Origin: the human T2T-CHM13v2.0 reference genome, Homo sapiens
Length of the DNA: 64,000 nucleotides
Assembly: GCF_009914755.1 (NCBI RefSeq)
Contig: NC_060939.1
Direction: 5' to 3' (one strand)
The notes under the pieces were generated by a model, which had not been told where the DNA came from, ran no database searches, and was given only the letters and a program-made list of their open reading frames with translations. The translations under genes and the position numbers were made by a program. Position 1 is the stretch's first letter; each line of letters begins with the position of its first letter. Below, in pieces: positions 1-17,194 of this stretch.

Positions 1-1804
1 AAAAATAAACTGGTTACACATAATTTTTTTTAAAAATCAAACTTTAGTATCTCTTATTGTAGCTGAGCAGATGAGTATAAACTATGGCACCACGAAGCCC
101 TTTCATAAGTAAATTAAATGCAATCAATATGACACAACCATTTGATGGAAAACCAGAAGACTTTGAACCTACATGTCTCCACTTGGTATGCTAATAACTT
201 CCGCAGAGATAAACACATAAACTTTATTACTAAAAAAAAAAGCACATCATACTACCCTTGGTGTAAATTCATTTTGTTCTATCAACATGATAAATTATCT
301 TCTTCCTTTAGCAAAAGGCTGTAAGAAACAGTATCTCTTCCTCCAGAACACATATTCAAATCCCGGAGGAGAAAAAACATCCTGAGAATATAAGACAGCT
401 ATAAAAAGCTCCTGAAGCCAGCCCTTTCTTTCAGCTCCCAGTCTTCTCTTGAATTACCAATTTTTGGGGCTAGGCATAATAGTTCACACCTGTAATCCCA
501 GCACTTTGGGAGGCTGAGGCGGGCAGATGGCTTGAGCACAGGAGTTCGAGACCTACCTAGGCAACATGGCGAAACCCCGTCTCTACCAAAAAAAACAAAA
601 ATAATAATAATAACTGATAAAAAATGTTTTTTAATTAATTACCAATTTTTAACAAGTACATTTGAAACAAACTAGTCTATGGGGTAGAAAGACAAACACA
701 TAGGTCTTCTACTGGCAGATGTGTTAAAGTACGAAGTTAAAGCTGAGAACCAAATAAAGATCAGAAAAACACAGCAGATTGTTTCATAAATATTAACACA
801 ATACTGAGTTTTCAAATAAACAACTGTGAGTCAAATCAAATGACCAAATATTTATTGGCTTCTACCCTGTACAAGGCACATACTTCAAGATTCCCAGGCT
901 CCAACGGCATGCATAATTTAAGAGCAATTTATAAGGTGTAAGTTACCCAGATGCAGGCAGTAATGCTTCAAATGAGAACACACTGAAGAACAAATGAAGC
1001 ATCTGACAGCCCCTAACAGGGAGGAAATCTTAGGATTAAGCAATGTTTCATTAACAACTTGGGCAGTGTTTAGGGCTCTCAAATATCCAGTACTCAACAG
1101 ACACCACATGCAGGTGCTGGGGAGGAATCTGATTTACTCCCCGTCCTTCAGTATATTATAAGCAGTGTATTATTTGTTCCCAAGGTACTGTGCAATACAT
1201 CAACTAACAACAGGATGTTAGAACAGAGGAATATAACAAGTATCATGGACGAGGGTGGGGTATCAGCTCCCAAAAAATGAGTCATATGGAAGTGTTATTT
1301 TAGCCAAGATCTTAAGACTATGTGAGAGCCAGCCAAGATGGGAAGAAAAAGCATTATTCTAGACACAGCCAGTCAGTCCAGTTAATCAACAAATATCAGC
1401 TGAACATGTACTATATTCTTCTGTCTTTGGTGCTAGTGATAGAGTTGTACACAAGACAAAGTCCCTGCCTTCAAGGAGTTTACAATTTAGGAGAGAAAAG
1501 TAAACAATCAACATATATATACAGAGACAAATACCTAGATAAGACTTTCAGAGAGCAATGTGTATTACAAGGAAAATAAATCAGAGCAAGAGTAATGGAA
1601 CAGGGATTGCTTAGGGGAACACGGTATCTAATTAAGTAGGTCTGAAGTCTCAGGTCTTCTTTAATCTGAGATGCCAAGATTCAGGGGAAGAAGGATCCTA
1701 ATCAGAAGGAATAGCAAATACAAAAGAATGGAATATAAATAATCCTGGCCAGCGCATATGGGAATTGAATTAGGGGGAGAATGGTAGGAGACAAAGTCAG
1801 ATGT

Positions 1805-2180
1805 AGGTAGTGGCTTCTACCTATTTACCAAAGATGTTTTCTCTTCTTCCTGGGATGTGACTAGTCTGCATCTCCTGGCTTCTCCAAAGTTAGGTGAGAT
1901 CTTGCAACTGAATGGGACCAATAAAATAACAGCCAAAATGTAGGTGCTATATCAGGGTCAATGCTTTTAATCTGTGGGTATTTTCCCCATCCACACTTTC
2001 TCCCATCTGCCAGCAAAACACAGATAATAGCTAGGCTCTAGGGCATGACAGAACAACAAGAACGAACTACCTATTGACTATAATACTCCCTTGGTCTGTT
2101 ATATGAGCGTGAAATAAACTTCTGTGTTTGAGCCAGTCTGCATTTTTGGGTCTATTTCTTACCACAGCCTGACAAATACA
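1805..2180 (+). mobile_element. MLT1 (MaLR) LTR within an L2 region
   Basis: aaataaacttctgtgtttgagcca...ttaccacagc...aataca 3' end. Confidence 0.6.
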
Positions 2181-2979
2181 AGGCCTGACTCCACAGGCCT
2201 TGTATTACTGTGAGCTTTTATAAGGAATTTAAATTTTATGCAAATGGATGTGGGAAGACACTGGAAGCAAGGAAGTTATATGGGCTGATTTTTTATTTAT
2301 AAAGATCATTCTGGCTGCCATGTAGAGAATGGAGTGTATGGGAGCAAGACTGCATGAAAGGAGAGACTACAAGAGACCACTGCAATTATCCAGGTGAAAG
2401 AGAATGGTGGCTTAGACTAGGTGGTAGCCACGGATATGGTTAAGTAGTGGTCAGATTCAGGATACATATTCAAAGTAGAGCCATGAGCACCTGCTGATAA
2501 GACTGCATGTGGGGTATGAGAGAAAGAATAACCAAGAATAACAGGAGTTTTTAGCCCAAGCAATCAGGTTCATGGTGGTGTTGTTAAGGAAGACTGAAAA
2601 CAGTTGGAAAGGAACAGAAGAGTCCTCACAGACAGCGAGAGGAATCAATGGTTCTCCTTTAGCTGTTCTGTTTCAAATGCCTATAAAATCTCCAAATGAG
2701 AATGTCAAGTAGACAGTTGGGTATATGAGTTTGTAGCCCAGAAGAAGACAGGGACTGAAGATACGTATTTTGGGTTATCATCATAAAGATAGTATTTAAA
2801 GCCACGGGCCTGGATTAGATCTCTCTACTCTCCTACAAGACAAAATGTACATTGTTAGCCTATCATTAGATGGTCCTCTATCACCTGGCTTTAACCTGCT
2901 TTGCACCTCCTTCCTCTTATACACTTCTTCCTGAGGTTCCACTTGCCGCTAATGCCCTCCCCTCTCCACTATCCAAACA

Positions 2980-3774
2980 CAGTAAGTCCTCAACGTATGG
3001 GTTCTTGGAAACTGTGACTTCAAATGAAAGTGTCTAACGAAAGCAATTTTACCATGAGCTAACTGATAGAAACAAGAGTTAAGTTCCTATGGCATATTTC
3101 TGGTCACAAAAATACCACCAAGCTTCTAAATAAAGACTCAAAGCACTTCTAAATTGAACAGTGAAATAAATGTGAGCTATACATACATTTAAGAAAGATT
3201 AATACAGACAAGAAAGAGAATCATTTACCCAATTTTTGGTGAATCAGTGAGTGACAGTGGTCATAGTGGTGGTGGGTTAAATCCAGGAATAAACGTTTAC
3301 AAAGTGAAAATTTTGAGGAGGACCTCCCACACAACGCAGTTCAAAAGCAAATAACATAGTGGACTTGCCGAGCGCTTTCATACTATGTCATTTATCATCA
3401 AACATTTGTATGATTATCATATACTTTACAAATTTTTACTTGATAAATCATTTTCCAATCCACTTATTCCAGTTCAGAGTCTCAGGTGGCCAGAGCTTAT
3501 CCCAGTGGCTTGGTATAGGCAGGAACCAATCCCACACAGTACATCATTTCATCACAGGGCACACTCACACACACTCTCATTCAGACTGAGGCCATTTCGA
3601 CACACCAAAGAACCTAAATGCACATCTTTGGGATGTGAGAGGAAACTAGAGTGCCTGGAGAAAACCACGAAGATACAGGAGAACATGTAAACCCTACAGA
3701 TCGTGGCCCCCGCCAGGCGTCCATTTTTTTCTTATCAACATTATAATGAAACGACATTATTCAAGGACCTACTG
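2980..3774 (-). mobile_element. MER6-like TcMar-Tigger non-autonomous DNA transposon
   Basis: TIRs cagtaagtcctcaa / ttcaaggacctactg. Internal sequence matches the recalled MER6 consensus. Confidence 0.75.
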
Positions 3775-3941
3775 TGCTATCCATTCTTTAAGGCTCATAT
3801 CAGAACCTCCTCTGTCAAAATTTTCCTAACACTACTGCAATTTGAAGTAATCGCACCATTTTCCGGATTTGCATAGTAATTACTTTCTACATATCTAATT
3901 TAGAAAAGATAGAAATCACATTTTACCATATGTCCTCTCTT

Positions 3942-4050
3942 TTTTTTTAATTTTTATTTTAAGTTCAGGGGTACATGTGCAGGTTTGTCACAGAGGTAAA
4001 CTTGTGTCATCGGGGTTTGCTGTACCGACTATTTCATCACCCAGGTATTA
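3942..4050 (-). mobile_element. Very short 5'-truncated L1PA 3' end
   Basis: polyT plus ttaagttcaggggtacatgtgcagg...catcacccaggtatta; TSD atgtcctctctt / atgccctctctt. Confidence 0.8.
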
Positions 4051-4407
4051 ATGCCCTCTCTTCTATTAGCGTTTTAAATCTTAATTTTCAAATATTTGTT
4101 CTTTGATTCTCCAATTAGACGTTTCCTTAACAAGACAACTCATCTCTTACTATTTTTTATATTTCCTATGGACCCTAGAATAATGCCATGCATATGATGG
4201 GCATTCAAGGAATATTTATTTGATTTGAAATCTTTTAACAGGCAATGAGCTAGTTAAGACTTTTAGAAATATTTTCACCAAAACAAAAAAAAGCAAAACT
4301 CTTAGAGAGACTTCAATCATTTGGGAAAGCCACTGATTTAAAAATAGCCCCTTCTCCAACAAGGCTGACAAGTAAGGCATTAACTGTACTTAAAATGTAA
4401 CAATTTA

Positions 4408-4530
<123 letters not shown>

Positions 4531-4781
4531 CTAAACATATAAAGAGATAGTTATTTAACTTTCATAGTTATTTTACCTTCAGACTGTACATATTTGAAAT
4601 TAATATTGTCAACAGTTATAATTGCTAATTATGTAAAAATATCTACTTAAAATACAGGCAATAATGTCTACATATTCTTAAAACTTTTCATTCTACAATC
4701 AGAAATGAAAAGCTAAAAATACAAATGCCCTGCTAAGAACAAATTGACATTACCAATACCAATCCTGTTATTTTTATGTGC

Positions 4782-4783
<2 letters not shown>

Positions 4784-4812
<29 letters not shown>
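4784..4812. repeat. (TG)n microsatellite
   Basis: Read directly. Confidence 0.95.
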
Positions 4813-4815
<3 letters not shown>

Positions 4816-6207
4816 AGCCTATATTCTTATACATTACTTATTCTGATCCTTAATGAACCCTTTATGTTAGATAAGGCTTACATTATTATCCCATTTTCAG
4901 AGGTTTGGAGAGGTACAGTGACTTGCCTAAGATCATCTAGTTAAGTATGTTGCACAGCTAGTACTTAAATCTTATAGTCTTTTCACTAATTATAATATCA
5001 ATTGTCAAGCACAACAGTGCAAATATCAGATTTTCTCTTCCATTGCCTGTTTTGATTTTGAGGAGAGAATAGGGTACTAGAATTTTAGAGCATGACAGCT
5101 CTGGAAACCTAAGCAAAATTAGGTCTAACAACACAAGAACAAATACATAAAATTCACATGACGGAATATTATACAACAATGAGAATGAACAATCTACAAC
5201 TACACAAACCAATATAAATGAACCACACAAACCTAATGATGAGCAAAAAAGCCAGAATATATAATGAGCAAGAATATGTACTGTAGAATTCCAGAAGAAC
5301 TAATTTTGGCTTTAAGATGTTAGAAGTCAAGCTTACAATATGTGCTTTATCAATACATATGTTATAACCCTCCCCCACAAAAAAAAAAAAAACAGTTTAT
5401 AAGCAGGGGGAGTCCAAGTTAAACTCAAGCAAGATTTTTAAAAAGCTGAAACACTGAAAAAGGAGGTATGATGATAGGCATGCCAATGACCAACCTTTCA
5501 TTCTGGCCTGGGGTTAGTTCTCTTCACATTTTAGAGGATGGGCAAACACTAAATGCCCAAAGGTATTATGTTGGCTTGGGCAGAAACTTTCTGAGAATAC
5601 TGCCAATTAGTTAACCATATCATAAATGACACTAATTATTTGGCATGATGATGACTCTTCATTTAATTTTAAAGTAAAATTCATTTTAAAGTATTCAATA
5701 ATTCAGATACTACTGAACAACTGATAAATATCTAAACAATTATCATGTGTTTTATGGGGGAGAAAAGAAAACATTAAACACACTGGCTTTAAATTTTTTA
5801 AATTTAAGTATATTTTAAAAATTATATATATATATATTTTAAGTTTAAAACATTTACATATAACATAAAATATGTATAGAATACTCGAATGTTTGAAAAT
5901 GCACTTCCTAGATTATACACTGAGCCTGTTTACAATAATTTGCTTTGTCAAATTTTAAATAAATTTTAGCACTAAATAAAAAATTTGTATTAATAAATAT
6001 TAAATCTAACTCATGCAATTTTCCCTCAAACTATTTTTCATTTGGAATTTCCTTATTTTTTTTTAACTGCACCTTTTTTGTTTAGACACACAAATACTTT
6101 GGAATTTCAAATTTATAGAAAAGTTGAAAAGATAGTGCAATGAAAACCCATATACCCTTTATCCAGATTTATCTAAATATTATTTAACATTTTGCCTCAT
6201 TTATTAA

Positions 6208-6494
<287 letters not shown>

Positions 6495-6975
6495 TGAATT
6501 TTTAATAGAGGCAGGGTTTCGCCATGTTGGCCAGGCTGGTCTCCAACTCCTGACCTCAAGCGATCCACCTGCCCAAAGTGTTGGGATTACAAGCATGGGC
6601 CACCGTGCTTGGTTTTTGTATTTTTTAATAGAGACAAGGTTTCACCATGTTGTGCAGGCTGGTCTCCAACTTCTGGGCTCAAGCAATCCACCCACCTCGG
6701 CCTCCCAAAGTGCTGGGATTTTTGGTGTGAGCCATCAGGTTTGAAGGGCTTTTACTCTTAAATTTCCTAAGATTAAGGATATTCTCTTACATAATCATAG
6801 TAATTAATTTTGATAAATTTAACATCAATACAATATCTTTACCTAATCCACTGGCTGTATTTCAGTTTTGTCACTTGCCCCAACGTTTTTTAATAACATT
6901 TTTCCTTCTACTACGGCATCTAGTCTAGGATCACAGTTATACATTTTCAAGTTATGAAGTAGTACATTTTTATAA

Positions 6976-7305
<330 letters not shown>

Positions 7306-8406
7306 CTCAAAAGACATTTTAATTGGCCAACTCAACTATATTTTTAGTTGGTGTTCATATAAAAATTGATCTTTCACTCTAGGAAAAACAATTTTCTATA
7401 AAAATTATCTTATTCAGGGTAGCAAATGTCTGTCACTCCTTACACAGGCAATATCAAATTTCCTATGGAATCTACTGCTGCTATTTAGGGTAAAATAAAT
7501 TTTCTCAAAACGGACTTTGACTTTGGCATTCTCTTTGATAACACTTCATAAAAAGTGTTTTTCCCTCTATAAATCATGCTGGTACAGTATACTGGCACTT
7601 TGCTTTAGAGAGAAGCTGGCAAAGGCCCTCTTAAGTAAATGAACATGCTCAGTTCAAATGACTCACTTAGCAGGAACAAGAAGTTTCACATGACAATTTA
7701 TGGGCTAATTCACATGACCCCACCAGTGAAAAATGTAATACTGGAATCTCAGACCAATAAGATACTGAAAAGTTTTTTTTTTCTCATAGTGACACCTGTT
7801 AATCCTTGCTACCCAACATGTACTCCAGAAACACTGGTGTCATCTGAATGCCTGTTAGAAATGTACTCTGAGGCCCTATTCTGGTCCTACTGAACCAGTA
7901 TCTGCATTTTAATTGCCAAAGTTTAGTTTATTGGTTTCTGAATTTATATCTCACCTTTAAAATAAAAGTAGTTAAGTGATCGTCTCTACATGCATTAAAA
8001 CTCCTTGGACAATAAAGAATCTTATGAATATCAACTTATTTATTAGATTTTAATGACAAATTCAAAAGAGGAAAAAATACGGAGATATCACTTATTAGTT
8101 ATATGACTTTGGTCAAGTTACTTCACCTCTCTGTGCCTCAATTTCCTTACTTAAAAATGGTGATAATAAGAAAACCTTTACTTTGAAAACCTACACCTCA
8201 TAAAGTTATTGTGAGGATTAAATGAATTAATGTACACAAAGTGCTGAGAAAGGTGCCTGGCATACAATCAGCTCCCAGTACATTCTGCTATTATCAGTAT
8301 CACTAAACCTTCACAACTATCGATTTTAGGTGAGACCTTAGTTTTACCCACTGCTGTCTAGTGTAATAAGACGTTAACTTCTGTAAGCTTCCATTTTTCA
8401 TCTTTA

Positions 8407-9232
<826 letters not shown>

Positions 9233-9549
9233 GGTACCAAACATTTTCTAAATGATAGAATGAACACTGAACTGGAAAACAAGAGCTCTGGGCCATGGCC
9301 CTACCTAGCCTATGAGGGTTTGGAAAGGCAGTTAATTACCCCAGGTTTTAATTTTCCCGTTTGTAAAATGAGAGGGTTGAGCTAGGGGCCATCAATAATT
9401 ATTTCCAGTACTAATGTCAAATGGGATATTTTATCACCTTAGAATTTTAAAAACAATTTTTACACAGGATTACAACACTGTCTAAAAAGAAAAAAACTGT
9501 TGATATACAAAGTATAAAGCTCAGATTACACACATATAACAAATGCTAA

Positions 9550-9867
<318 letters not shown>

Positions 9868-10745
9868 TGATCCGCCCACCTGGCCTCCCAAAGTGCTGGG
9901 ATTACAGGCTTGAGCCATCTTGCCCAGCCACAATCTATGTAGTTTTCTATATGGATCCTATACTTAGTGAAAACTTAAAAATGTCAGAAAAAGAATATTT
10001 CACATAAACCTAAAACTTTAACTCCTCCAGGAGTAGATCAGCAAGTTTCCAGATTACAGGTCCAAAGATCGTTAATTTTAGAACTTTTCAGAACTTGAAA
10101 TATTCCATCTTTATTCCAGATCCAGCAAAATTTGAGAACAAAGACATTCATAAAATTTCATGCTGTCATACTCTCAATCATAAGTAGAAACAATACTGGA
10201 TCTCAATCTCAACTCCAATTCTAAATAGTTATCTAACCTTGAGTCACAACACCCCACTTATATGTATAAGGCTTTAGCTTCTTCACCTATATGATTCAGC
10301 ACCGTATTAACTCTAACATGCTTTTTTTTGTGATGGAGTCTCGCTCTGTCTCCCAGGGTGTCTGCCCCGCCACCCCAATTCAAGCGATTCTTCTGCCTCA
10401 GCCTCTTGAGTAGCTGGGATTACAAGCCCGCGCCACCACAGCCGGCTAATTTTTATATTTTAGTAGAGACGGGGTCATGCTGGCCAGGCTGGTCTTGAAC
10501 TCCTGACCTCAAGTGATCTACCCGCTTCAGCATTCCAGAGTCTTGGAATTACAGGCGTGAACCACCATCCATGGCCTCTAATACACTTTTCAATTCTAAA
10601 ATCTTAGATATCTGACATGTTTCCCTGATTTGTATTATAAAAATCATTTTATATACTTTAAAATTATAATCTAGAATTCTCCAGGAAATATTAAATGCCC
10701 ATATATAGTTTACTCAATTTTAAAACTACAATGATACATACCTTA

Positions 10746-10949
<204 letters not shown>

Positions 10950-11027
10950 TCAGTAATGTTTTAGATAAGCAATCCATCACAGTTAAATTTCTGAGGAGTA
11001 TTTACTTATATTTTTATTTTATGTTTT

Positions 11028-11106
11028 CATCCATCCATCCACCCACCCACCCACCCACCCAGCCATCCATTCATCTATCCATCCATCCATCCATCCATCC
11101 ATCCAT
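11028..11106. repeat. (TCCA)/(CCCA) tetranucleotide repeat at an Alu tail
   Basis: catccatccatccacccacccacc...atccatccatc. Confidence 0.9.
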
Positions 11107-11844
11107 CGACAGGGTCTTGATCGATTCCAGGCTGGAGTGCATGGCTCACTGCAGCTTCAACCTCTCTGGCTCAAGCCATCCTCCCACCTCAGCTCCCTAA
11201 GTAGCTGGCACTACAAGTTTGCACTATCACACCTGGCTAATTTTTTATTTTTTGTAGAGACAGGTTTCACCATATTGCCCAGACTGGTCTTGAACTCCTA
11301 GGCTCAAGCTATCCTCCCACCTCAGCCTCAACTGTATCACCCTCATAATGCTCACTTGACATTATGTAGCAAACTCTGTGATGAATACAGGGAATTAAAA
11401 GCTAAGTAAGGCACAGTCCCTCATGGCCAAAGAGAGGGGAATGAATAAAACCAGAGAGAAAGCTACCATTTGTTGAGTGTCTGCCGTATGACAAATGCCA
11501 ATTCATTTAATCCTCTCACATAGAAGGAAGGTGCTATTCCCTGCATTTTAATAAGAAAACCAAGGCTGAGGAAACAGGAGAGCTGTTTACCATAACACAC
11601 CATTTCAGGGCTTCTGACTGTTTTCAGTGCCATACAGTAAGGCCAAGAGGAAATAGACTGCTTGGGTTTGAGCTTGTTTTGTCACTTGCTAGCCATGTGA
11701 CTTATTATCAATGCCTGCCTCTCTAAAAAGATGAGAATAAGAGCACCTACTTCATAATGTGGTTGTGAGGATTAACATAAATTAAAACACAAAGCATTTT
11801 GAATAACGCCTGACAAAAAAAATTGCCTCAGTAAATATTAGCTA

Positions 11845-12790
11845 TTTATCTGTATGTTGTCTCATATTTTTTATCATTATTTCCCTCTGCTTTTTGGAAG
11901 ATTTCCTTGCCATTATCTTCTGGTGCCTTCCTATTTTTCTCTACAGCAATCACATTTAAATTTCTAAGAATGCTTGCTTCTTTCTTGATCGTTCCTTTTT
12001 TCTCCACAGCACCACGTGCTGGTTTTATGAACGCAAAAACTTTCTGAAGTCTCCAAGATGACATTAACCAAAGTTTTAAAAGTTCTCGTCTGTTTCCTTG
12101 AGGATCCGCTGTTGTGTTTCTCTTGGTCTCTGTCATTCACGTTCTGCTTTTCCTTATATGTCAGATGATTAAACTCCGTCTCCAACTTCACTATTCTAAG
12201 CAGCTGGTCTGTTTTCAAGATAATACTATCTCCAAAACAGAAATGTTGGCTGGGAGCTCTGTGTATGTGGGAGGCTTGCTGACTGGCACCTGGCATTAGA
12301 GTGGGAAGCCAGCCCTAGGGCAGGGACCCCTCAAAGCCATTGGAAGAGAGCTTAACCCTGGGGTCCCAAAGCCATACCCAGCAGTCCCAGTTCTTCTCAG
12401 GCAGTTTGTTCAATTTATCTCAAAAAGCCTGTCCATTGTCATGGACAGCTGGCTAAGGGGATGGTCTATACACAGGCTTTAAATTAATTTCCATGTTTTA
12501 GCACTACCTTCTCATTTCCACCCTCCTTACTTCCAACTGCTAGCCAAGAACTTTGTTGGGGTTCTGCCAGGAAAGGCGCTCCAGCTCCGCTGCGGCTTTG
12601 AAAGCTCTGGATTCTGGGCTCCAGATTCATCTACTCTAGTTCATCCATCAATCAGCTTCCAACTTCTCTGTCCCTTTCTACTCTGTTGGCCCTTCCAACC
12701 TCTCTTTTTCTCTTCATTGTAATGGACTTACTATTTTTTAAAAATTTCTTAATAGTCATTTTAATTGAGAGAGAGAGAATGCTAACAGCA
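11845..12790 (-). mobile_element. HAL1/old L1 ORF1-region fragment
   Basis: T-rich plus strand with decayed K/E-rich minus-strand ORFs (11846-12136). Similar to 51050-52380. Confidence 0.6.
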
Positions 12791-12821
12791 TGCTCAATTC
12801 CCTTCTTAAACTAGAAAACTA

Positions 12822-12992
<171 letters not shown>

Positions 12993-13639
12993 TTAATTAA
13001 AAAAAAAAAGAAATTTTTGTTTGAAGGACAAGGTAGCAGTCTAGAAGTCTTTACATGCCTGCCTTGATGTATTTTTGTCAGGTAAAAATTACTAGAGTTG
13101 TAAAACAGAGCAGCAATGTGAGGCCTTTATCACCATTTGCCCTTGATTAGATTCACACTTAACAGGACAAGTGCCGCAAACCTATACATGGTTCTATGAG
13201 AATCTATAAATGCGGGCTTTGACTTAGGAAGATGTGGAAAAGGTTTGTAGAGAAATTTCTGCTTGAGATTAGATCTAAAGATTAAAAGGACGGTGGGAAG
13301 TACACTCCAGGAACAAGAGAGAATCAAGTTTGTAGATTATTTTGTGTGAGATCTCCCATTCAAATTGCTTTTATCAAATTATACTTCAGTAATATACTTT
13401 TGCTTTCTATCAAGGAACATTTTTTAAAACAAGTATGTATCTGAAGACACAGACTGAAGACACTTCATTACAGCAATGTCTTCTGTATGAGGGGATCTCA
13501 TCAGGATTTTTTTAAAAACTCATCTAATTATCAGATTTGTGCATCTCCTAAGCAGTTGCCTTGTTTTTAATCTATAAATAATTACGTCCACCCAGGTTTC
13601 TCTTTTTGCACTAGCTGCTCAGATAATTAAAACAAAGTT

Positions 13640-14266
13640 GGCCGGGCATGGTGGCTCACGCCTGTAATCCCAGCACTTTGGGAGGCAAAGGCAGGTGGAT
13701 CACCTGAGGTCAGGAGTTCAAGATCAGCCTGCCCAACCTGGTGAAACCCCGACTCTACTAAAAACACAAAAATTAGCCGGCATGGTGGCGGGCGCCTGTA
13801 ATCCCAGCTACTCAGGAGGCTGAGGCAGGAGAATCACTTGAACCCGGGCAGCAGGGGTTGCAGTTAGCTGAGATCACGCCATTGTACTCCAGCCTGGGCG
13901 ACAGAGCAAGACTCCGTCTCAAAAACAACAACAACAACAACAACAAAAGTTTATAGCTTATACATTTTGTTTGTTTTTGAGACAGGGTCTCATTGTCACT
14001 CCGGGTGGAGAGTGGTGGCACGATCATAGCTCACTGTATCCTGAAATTCCTGGGCTCAGGTGAATCTCCTGCTTCAGCCTCCAGAGTAACTAACACTACA
14101 GGCACATGCCACTAGGCTCAGCTCATTTTTTTTTATGCTTTATGTTTTTGTAGAGACAGGTCTTGCTATATTTCCCAGGCTAGTTTCAAACTCCTGGCCT
14201 CAAGCAATCCTCCCGCCTCAGCCTCCCCAAGTGCTGGGATTATAGGCCTGAGCCACTGTACCCAGC
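13640..14266. mobile_element. Tail-to-tail inverted Alu pair: AluS 13640-13947 (+) and AluJ-like ~13965-14266 (-)
   Basis: Alu consensus on opposite strands, separated by under 20 nt. Confidence 0.9.
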
Positions 14267-14886
14267 TTGACAGCATACATTTTTCTATTAGCTTCACCCT
14301 TGACTCTAGTTTATTTCTTACCCTTGTGTTTCTTATAAGACATTTTAAGTTCTTTTGGGTGCACTGCAAATTAAAAATAAATACTGGACAATAAACAGTA
14401 AGAAAAGGATCTCTGTGTATCTTATATTTTTAATTTATTTCTTAAACAGTACCAGGCACATTATGGGCATGTGTTTAAGTCTCAATAAATACACGTTAAT
14501 TGACTAGACAATTCAGCACAGGTTTCTATGTAACGTCAAAAGGGAAAATATTTTCATTTCTAATAAAAAAAGTTACTTAAAAATCCAAGAATCCTCTTGA
14601 TTCATATGTATACATTTCCTTTACATTCTATTTAATTATTAGAGTTTTTATAATATTTAAAAAAAAACTAAGCCAAGGTTTTTAAAATGTAAAGATTAAA
14701 CATGACATTACCACAATTCTTCGTATTTTAAAGTGATCATTTAAGCTCTCATATACAACCTCTAAGGACGAGAGCACAGAAAAATTATTACATGTCCTCA
14801 AATTAGTCCTATTTTCCCCCCAAATTAATAATTTTCAAAAAAAAAAAAAAACAACTTAGGTTATATTTAATCTAACTAAAAATTTA

Positions 14887-15276
<390 letters not shown>

Positions 15277-15392
15277 TTATCTGTTCATTTTACTCAAAAA
15301 CATTTATTGAGGGACTATATAGCAGGCACTGTAATAGTGCTAGAGATAAAAATATGGGTAAGATAGCTTTGCCCATAAAAACCTTACACAGT

Positions 15393-15729
15393 CAGTCATG
15401 CATTACTTAAAGATGGAGATACATTCTAAGAAAGGCATTGTTCGGCAATTTCATCATCATGCAAACATCATAGACTGCACTCACATAAATCTCAATGGTA
15501 TAGCCTACTACGCACCTAAGCTATGTGGTATAGACTATTGCTTCAGGGCTACAAACCAGTACAGGATGTTACTGTACTGAATACTATAGGCAACTTTAAA
15601 ACAATGGTGAGTATTGTGTATCTAAACATGGAAAATGCACAGTAAAAATACCGTATTATAATCTTATGGGTCCACCATCTTATTTGCAGTCCACTGTTCA
15701 CCAAAATGCCATTATGCAGCACGCAACTA
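15393..15729. mobile_element. Tigger3a/MER7-like DNA transposon
   Basis: cagtcatgc...ggtatagcctactacgcacctaagctatgtggtatag...ttatgcagcacgcaact. Confidence 0.75.
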
Positions 15730-15796
15730 TAGTCTGGTACTGAAATGATTAAAAAGTAATGTCCTAATAACAGAAGTATATATTAGGCACTCATAT

Positions 15797-16267
15797 CTAA
15801 TAACTAATCTCTAATGATGGCCCCAAGAAATCATACTTTCTTGTGTTCATGTCCTTACATAGATCTGTCCCATGATGAATCTGGGTTGTCCCTGTGTGAG
15901 CCCCTTGAACCAACAGATTGTGGCAGAGTGACATTGCACCAGTCTGAGACCTACACCTTAAGGATGCCTGGCAGCTCCTGCTTTTGTGTTCCTCGGAGTC
16001 ATGAGCCACGAAGTCAAGCTACCCTGCTGGAGAGACCAGCTGAAGAAGCCTCTTGAAGAGGACCTGAGACTTAAGGCTCAGCCATCCCAGACTGTGAGTT
16101 AAACCTCCAGATGAGTCCAACCCCACCTGCTATCTGACTACAGCTACATAGACGACAAACCACCTAAGTGATTCCAGTCAACCCACACAACTGTAAAAGA
16201 TAATAAAAGTTGTTTAAGTCACTACGCATTCCAGTGATTTGTTCCACAGCAACAGATAACCAAAACA
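15797..16267 (+). mobile_element. MLT1 (MaLR) LTR
   Basis: gatggcccc...cctggcagctcctgctttt...tgtttaagtcacta...cagcaacagataaccaaaaca. Confidence 0.7.
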
Positions 16268-17194
16268 TGCTGTGAGAGATTAATTAGATGAGCCAGTGTG
16301 CAATTTTGCCTGTGGGTGGAATTTTTACAGAGGAAGTAAAGCCTGAAGATTATCTGAAGAGTAGTAATTAAGTGTGGAGCCCTGGCAGAAAGACTGAGGA
16401 GTACAAAGGTAAGGAGGCCTTAGAAGCAGGCACTAAAACAAGAAAAAGGCCATTAGTAATTAGGGTTGAAACACTGAGTGGATGGAGAGGAGATGAAGAA
16501 AGAGAGATCAAATCACAAAGGTTTCATGTACCTGCTAAAGTGTTTAAACTTCATCCTGTAGGTAAAAAGAAGTCATTAAAAGATTCAGGGGAATTATATG
16601 ACCATATACCAATATTGGAGAGATCACTGTTAACAGGATGAATGGAGAGAGTTAAGTCTAAACGCAGTAGTTTGGTTGAAGCAATGCAGAAAAAAATGGA
16701 GAGGCAGGTAAAATTTTCAGGAATGGTCTAAAATGGACAAGAAATGTGTAGAATGGAGTGAAACGAAACTACAATTTGGAGCTAGGCCCATGAAGTCATT
16801 TCCTAGCTGACCTACAGAATCATAAGCAAGAATAAATTATTGCTTTTTGGGGGTTGCTTTATTTATAGCATTAATATGGCAAAAGCTATTGCAGGGGGAT
16901 AAGAAGTATGCCTGTCTCAAAGGATTTTCCTGAAATTTAAGTGAGATCACAAAGGGGCTTAGGAACAATCTATGGCACACAGTAAAAGTACTCATTAAAT
17001 GTCAGATATTTTCATTAATAACATGTCCATCTGCATGGGTATAAAACATTACTTCACGATGGTCCAGTTGGAAATGAGGGTCTGGAGCTAAGTAGAGCTT
17101 TGGAGACACATGTGGGGGAATGAGTGCGTAAAGCTCTCACTTTGGTTGATGGGAGAAAGGATGAGAGCTGAGGACTGAATACTGAAGAACACTT

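Noticed and set aside
11846-12296. K/E-rich minus-strand ORFs in BTBD1 intron 1
   Set aside because: Decayed HAL1/L1 ORF1 sequence; no convincing splice sites seen.
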